DNA of 64,000 nt from Myxococcota bacterium (GTDB taxonomy: Bacteria; Myxococcota_A; Polyangia; Nannocystales; Nannocystaceae), in assembly GCA_039028615.1 (NCBI GenBank), contig JBCCHT010000013.1, positions 96,001 through 160,000 on the forward strand, written 5' to 3'. Under the pieces are notes generated by a model. The model made no database searches, had not been told where the DNA came from, and worked only from the letters and a program-made list of their open reading frames with translations. A program made the translations under genes and the position numbers. This document shows, in pieces, positions 59,564 to 64,000 of this stretch (position 1 is the first letter of the stretch; every line of letters starts with the position of its first letter).

Positions 59564-60622
59564 TTGTCTGCCCACGAAAAGCTCACCTTCGACGAGCGAG
59601 ACCCTCTGCAGCTCATGCTCCAGGCGGTCGTAGGCCCCGACGGAGCGGCCGCGACCCTGGAGCGAGACACGGGAACCAAGCTCCATGTCCGCGGCAGCGA
59701 GGTCATGGTCGACGGCCCCGAGGCGCCGCTGGTCGCTCGACTCCTTCGCCAACTGTACGGGCTGGCGCGCGCCGGTCACCCCGTGGAGGCCAGCGACGTC
59801 GGTCGTGCGCTCGAGGTGCTGCGCCACAGCGCCGACGTCGAGCTCCGCGAGGTCTTCCAGGACGTCATCTTGGTCCGACCCGCCGACGGCCGCGGCATCA
59901 TGCCGCGAAGCCTGGCCCAAAAGCGCTACGTCAGCGCCATGCGGACCCATACGCTGAGCTTCGGCGTAGGCCCGGCCGGTACTGGCAAGACCTACCTGGC
60001 CGTCGCCATGGCGGCCCGGGCCCTGGCCGACAAGCAGGTCCGCCGCATCATCCTGTCCCGCCCCGCCATCGAAGCGGGCGAGCGTCTCGGGTTCTTGCCC
60101 GGCACGCTCGAGGACAAGATCAGCCCCTATCTGCGGCCGCTATACGACGCGCTGTACGAGATGTTCGCGCCCGAGAAGGTCATGCGGATGCTCGAGCAGC
60201 GGGTCCTCGAGATTGCCCCGCTGGCCTACATGCGCGGCCGGACGCTCAACGATGCGTTCGTCATCCTCGACGAGGCGCAGAACACCACCCGGGAGCAGAT
60301 GAAGATGTTCCTGACCCGGATCGGCGCCAATACCAAGGCGGTGGTCACGGGCGACCCCTCGCAGGTCGACCTCGGCTCGGGGCAGCGCAGCGGTCTTTCA
60401 CACGCGCTCCGGTTGCTGCGCAACGTCGACGCGGTCTCGATCTGCCGCTTCACCAAGACCGACGTCATGCGCCACCCGCTGGTGCAGGCGATCATCGAGG
60501 CCTACGACGAAGACGACGCGCGGCGTCGGTCCAATGGCCACCGCGCCGCGCACGACAACGGTGACGGCAAGCGGCGGCGCGAGGCCGAGCATGCGCCCGC
60601 TCGCCATCCCGAGACACGCTGA
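59564..60622 (+). CDS. phoH: PhoH-family ATPase (start uncertain; TTG 59564 chosen)
   Basis: GPAGTGKT, RPAIEAGE.LGFLPG, PLAYMRGRT, LDEAQN, TGD..Q.DL, RHPLV. Confidence 0.93.
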   Translation: MSAHEKLTFDERDPLQLMLQAVVGPDGAAATLERDTGTKLHVRGSEVMVDGPEAPLVARLLRQLYGLARAGHPVEASDVGRALEVLRHSADVELREVFQDVILVRPADGRGIMPRSLAQKRYVSAMRTHTLSFGVGPAGTGKTYLAVAMAARALADKQVRRIILSRPAIEAGERLGFLPGTLEDKISPYLRPLYDALYEMFAPEKVMRMLEQRVLEIAPLAYMRGRTLNDAFVILDEAQNTTREQMKMFLTRIGANTKAVVTGDPSQVDLGSGQRSGLSHALRLLRNVDAVSICRFTKTDVMRHPLVQAIIEAYDEDDARRRSNGHRAAHDNGDGKRRREAEHAPARHPETR

Positions 60623-60628
60623 CGCCGT

Positions 60629-61600
60629 TCAGCCGCGGCGTGCCGCTTCGCGGGCCCCGTCGCGCACGGGGGTGGTGCCGACGAAGCGCTGCACCGCCGC
60701 GTACGCGTTGTCCTGGAAGGCCTCGTTGCCGAGGTCCTCGAATAGGGGCGTTTGCTCGACGAGCGGGCCGCTGGTGGTGTTGCCCGCGCTCGCATAGAAC
60801 CCGCCGCTCTTGTACGTGCTCGGATCGGCGAGCACCTCGAGGTAGCGCCGCGCCCCCACGTCGATCCCGTGCGCACGGCCGAAGGCGGTGAGCATGGGGA
60901 ACGCCACGTACTTGTAGAGAAAGCGCAAGGCGGCGGGGAGCTGGTCGGGCCCGTTGGTCCCGCGGGTGGCCCCGGGGCTGACGGTCACGAAGCGCAGCTG
61001 GGGGTGACGCCGGGCCATGGCCGACATCCACATCGTGCCCACGTACTTCACCACGCCGTACGCGGCCATCGCATCGAGGCCGTCGAACCACGAGCCGTTG
61101 ACGATGGAGGCGAACTCCTGCTCCGAGGACGAGCGCAGGTCGGGGGCCGGGATGCGCATATAGGGCACGCCGCGGGTGGCCTCGGTGCCCGCAAACAGGA
61201 CGGTCGAGGAGACCTTGCCCTTGTGCAGGAGCGCTTCGGTCAGCGCGACGTGGCCGAGCACGTTGAACGCGAACAGCTCGAGCACGCCGTCGGCGGTGGT
61301 GCTCATGGCGTTGGGGCCTCCGGCCCCGCCCGCGTTCAGGAGCACCGCGTCCACGGGCTCGGGGAGGACCTCCGCGGCCGCCCGGGCCGACTCGAGGTCG
61401 TTGAGATCGAAGATGAGTAGCTCGAAGATCGAGCGGCCGGTCGCGTCCTCGAGGCTCCGCTTGGCCTCGCGTGCTCGCTGCTCGTTACGGGCGCCGAGAT
61501 AGATCTTGGTGATCGAGGGGTCGAGCGCGAGCTGGCGTGCGGCTTCTTTGCCGAGGCCCGCGTTCGCTCCGGTGATGAGGACGGTCTTGATGGTGGCCAT
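60629..61600 (-). CDS. Short-chain dehydrogenase/reductase
   Basis: ITGANAGLG, LNAG, YGVVK (YxxxK), SPG. Confidence 0.9.
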   Translation of the reverse strand: MATIKTVLITGANAGLGKEAARQLALDPSITKIYLGARNEQRAREAKRSLEDATGRSIFELLIFDLNDLESARAAAEVLPEPVDAVLLNAGGAGGPNAMSTTADGVLELFAFNVLGHVALTEALLHKGKVSSTVLFAGTEATRGVPYMRIPAPDLRSSSEQEFASIVNGSWFDGLDAMAAYGVVKYVGTMWMSAMARRHPQLRFVTVSPGATRGTNGPDQLPAALRFLYKYVAFPMLTAFGRAHGIDVGARRYLEVLADPSTYKSGGFYASAGNTTSGPLVEQTPLFEDLGNEAFQDNAYAAVQRFVGTTPVRDGAREAARRG

Positions 61601-62013
61601 GGGCTGCTCCGGGTTTCGAGACGCTCCATGCTCCGGGGCGGTTACGACGGGGGCGTGGTCGCTCGCGTCCCAGCATCGTTGCGCTCATGCGACGGTCGGT
61701 TCTGGGCCGGCACCGGGCGCAGACCGATCGCTACGCGGGTCGTGTCTGGAGTCTCGCAAAGTGCCGTCGACGACGGCCCGTGGTTTGCTCGTCGCGGCGT
61801 ACCGCCGGGTCTCGGGGGCTCGGGGAGCGAGGGGCAGGCCGCGTGAGCCCACCGACACGGCGAAAAATCGCGTGATCCCGACGCATTGAGCGACTCGCCG
61901 GAGGCGCATCGCGGGCGGCCCCGGGTGGGGTTAGGCTCCTCGGCCCGCCGCCACTCGTACTCCGCGAGGGCAGGCCCCAAACCGACCTTCGCCCGAACAG
62001 GCCCACCGCTTTC

Positions 62014-63747
62014 ATGTCCCGTCGCCCCAAGGCCAACGCTGCTCCCCCGAGCGACCCCGATCCCGTGCTCGACGTCATGGTGCGCGAGCTGGCCCGATCG
62101 ATGGAGGGCTACGACGTGCCGGGAAACCCTCGGCCGTACTTCATGAGCTACTCGATGCGTCGGCTGCAGAAGCTGCGTCTGGGGGCGGCCTACGGCTCGC
62201 TCGTCCGCTCGCGGCAGGCCCAGCGCGCGCGCACCTATTGCGAGGTGCGGGTCGGTGACAAGCGCTTCGACAACGTGATGGACGCGGGGCTCGACGTCGA
62301 CGCCCACGACCGCGAGAGCGCCGACTGGGTCGCTGCCCCCGACGATCTCGATCCGGTCGCGCTGCAGGTGTCGCTGTGGAAGCTGGGCCAGGTCAAGTTC
62401 GACGAGGCGCTCGAGGACTACTACGACCACAAAAAGGCGATGGTCAGCGAGTACCTGCGCGACGAGGTCGAGGCGCTGACCCCCGAGCCCCCGCTCGAGC
62501 ACCGCGAGACGCTGCACGACGACCCGCTACCGCGCGAGGCGTGGGAGTCGATGCTCTGCGAGGCTTCGCGGGCCTTCTTGAAGCACCCCGAGTTCCATGA
62601 CCCCACCATCAGCCTCAGCGTCAACCGCGTGCAGCGGTGGATGGCCTCGACCGAGGGCACACGGGTCATCACCGAGAACTTCTACGCGCAGCTCGACGTG
62701 GGCGGCTGGATCCTCACCGACGATGGCGTCTATGTGGATGCCGCGCGCTCGGTCTACGCCCGGAGCGTGGAGGCGGTGCCCGATGCGGCGGGACTGACCG
62801 CGATGGTCGAGCAGGTGCTGGCCGACCTGGCCGCGCTGCGCAAGGCCGGTTCCCCCGGGGCGTTCATCGGTCCCGCACTGCTGGCGGGGCAGGCCGCGAG
62901 CACGCTCTTTCACGAGGCGCTGGGCCACCGACTCGAAGGCGATCGCCTGGTGGCCCGCGGCGAGACCCGAACCTTTGCTCACAAGCTGGGCGAGACCATC
63001 CTGCCCGCCGGGCTCGATGTGTACGACGACCCCACCGCGACGCTGGACGACGGGACTCCGGTGTGGGGGGGCTATCGCGTCGACGACGAGGGCGTTCCCG
63101 CCCAGCGGGCGCGGTTGGTCGCGGACGGCAAGCTGCGAGGGTTTTTGCACGGGCGCACGCCGACCCGGCACAGCGGTCGCTCCAACGGCCACGGGCGCCA
63201 CGAGGGGATCTCGGCCCCGATGTCGCGGATGGCTCACTTGGTGGTCGAAGGCCGGCCCGAGGAGTCCTTGACGTGGGAGGCACTGGAAGAGCGTTTGGTG
63301 GAGCTGGCCAAGGCGCAGGGGCGCACCGAGGCGATGATCATCAGCCGGATCCACGGCGGTGAGACCTCGACCGGCGCCTACGATTTCCAGGTCTTCAAGG
63401 GGGAGCCGGCCGAGGTCTTCATCCTCGACGTGGAGAGCCGGAAACGTCGCCGCGTTCGCGACGTAGAGCTCATTGGGACGCCGTTGGCCGCCCTGCAGCG
63501 GGTGGTGGCGTTCGGCGGGTCCACCGGTTCCGACCGCGGCCACTGCTACGCGGAGAGTGGCTCCATTCCGGTGAGCGGACGCTGTCCGGCGCTGTTGTTG
63601 TCGGAGATCGAGCTCCAGCAGCACAGCAGCAGCGGGTTCCACGAGCCGCTATTGCCGCCTCCGTTCGCGGACGACGGCAGTCGCGGGCGGACCACCGACG
63701 AGCACAAGCGGGGCCGTCGTCGGCGCCGCAAGAACAAAGGGGGATGA
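62014..63747 (+). CDS. tldD: TldD-family metalloprotease
   Basis: FHEALGHRLE (HExxxH), DDPT, DDEG, SNGHGR, C-terminal GHCYAESG. Confidence 0.85.
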   Translation: MSRRPKANAAPPSDPDPVLDVMVRELARSMEGYDVPGNPRPYFMSYSMRRLQKLRLGAAYGSLVRSRQAQRARTYCEVRVGDKRFDNVMDAGLDVDAHDRESADWVAAPDDLDPVALQVSLWKLGQVKFDEALEDYYDHKKAMVSEYLRDEVEALTPEPPLEHRETLHDDPLPREAWESMLCEASRAFLKHPEFHDPTISLSVNRVQRWMASTEGTRVITENFYAQLDVGGWILTDDGVYVDAARSVYARSVEAVPDAAGLTAMVEQVLADLAALRKAGSPGAFIGPALLAGQAASTLFHEALGHRLEGDRLVARGETRTFAHKLGETILPAGLDVYDDPTATLDDGTPVWGGYRVDDEGVPAQRARLVADGKLRGFLHGRTPTRHSGRSNGHGRHEGISAPMSRMAHLVVEGRPEESLTWEALEERLVELAKAQGRTEAMIISRIHGGETSTGAYDFQVFKGEPAEVFILDVESRKRRRVRDVELIGTPLAALQRVVAFGGSTGSDRGHCYAESGSIPVSGRCPALLLSEIELQQHSSSGFHEPLLPPPFADDGSRGRTTDEHKRGRRRRRKNKGG

Positions 63748-63781
63748 ACTCCCGCGGCCGCTGGCCGCTATACTCCGGCGC

Positions 63782-64000
63782 GTGACGACGGGGAACCGGC
63801 CCGGTCTCGAGAGCATCGCGCAAGTCCGCGAGTGGTTGCTCGGCAAGCGCACGGGTTCCACGTGGCGCATCCACGCCGCGACCGACGACTCGATCGAGGT
63901 CGCGCGGAGCCGAGCGTCGGTGACCATCGTCCCTCCGGGCCGGCCTCGACCCGAGCGCTTCGATCACCTGCTGGTCGTGGGCGAGCGCGGGCAGCTGGCG
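63782..64000 (+). CDS. Start of a hypothetical protein (3' truncated by window)
   Basis: GTG 63782 opens a frame (MTTGNRPGLESIAQVREWLLGKR...) with no stop to window end; GC-rich third positions. Confidence 0.5.
   Translation, partial: MTTGNRPGLESIAQVREWLLGKRTGSTWRIHAATDDSIEVARSRASVTIVPPGRPRPERFDHLLVVGERGQLA

Overview
High-GC (roughly 70% by eye) bacterial DNA that looks myxobacterial (Nannocystaceae-like by inference from eukaryote-like Ser/Thr kinases, FHA-histidine kinase, Cys-rich lipoproteins, carboxypeptidase-regulatory-repeat and vWA proteins). Most of the window is housekeeping or envelope genes: M17 aminopeptidase, DDAH, NlpC/P60, thiSGE, alr, L,D-transpeptidase, radical SAM, ggt, bolA, a FadF-like Fe-S oxidoreductase, purM, accD, folC, mazG, phoH and tldD, plus tRNA-Thr(CGT), tRNA-Gln(CTG) and tRNA-Glu(CTC). 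The standout is a tightly coupled + strand cluster at 34858-45147. It encodes an intact membrane Ser/Thr kinase; a pseudokinase fused through a TM helix to a 5-CxxCH multiheme cytochrome c; a 2x cNMP-binding / 4x[4Fe-4S] / di-heme-b membrane protein; a multiheme-c / ferredoxin / circularly permuted flavin oxidoreductase; and a secreted vWA protein. By inference this is a signalling-gated trans-membrane electron-transfer system. Secondary points are a signal peptidase I homologue lacking both catalytic residues, a candidate three-hairpin sRNA beside the tRNA pair, a sigma-54 promoter in front of a Crp/Fnr regulator, and a lower-GC orphan gene at the tRNA-Thr 3' end. No CRISPR array, transposase or integrase was seen. 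All calls are from motif reading by eye with no database searches, and several start codons are best guesses.
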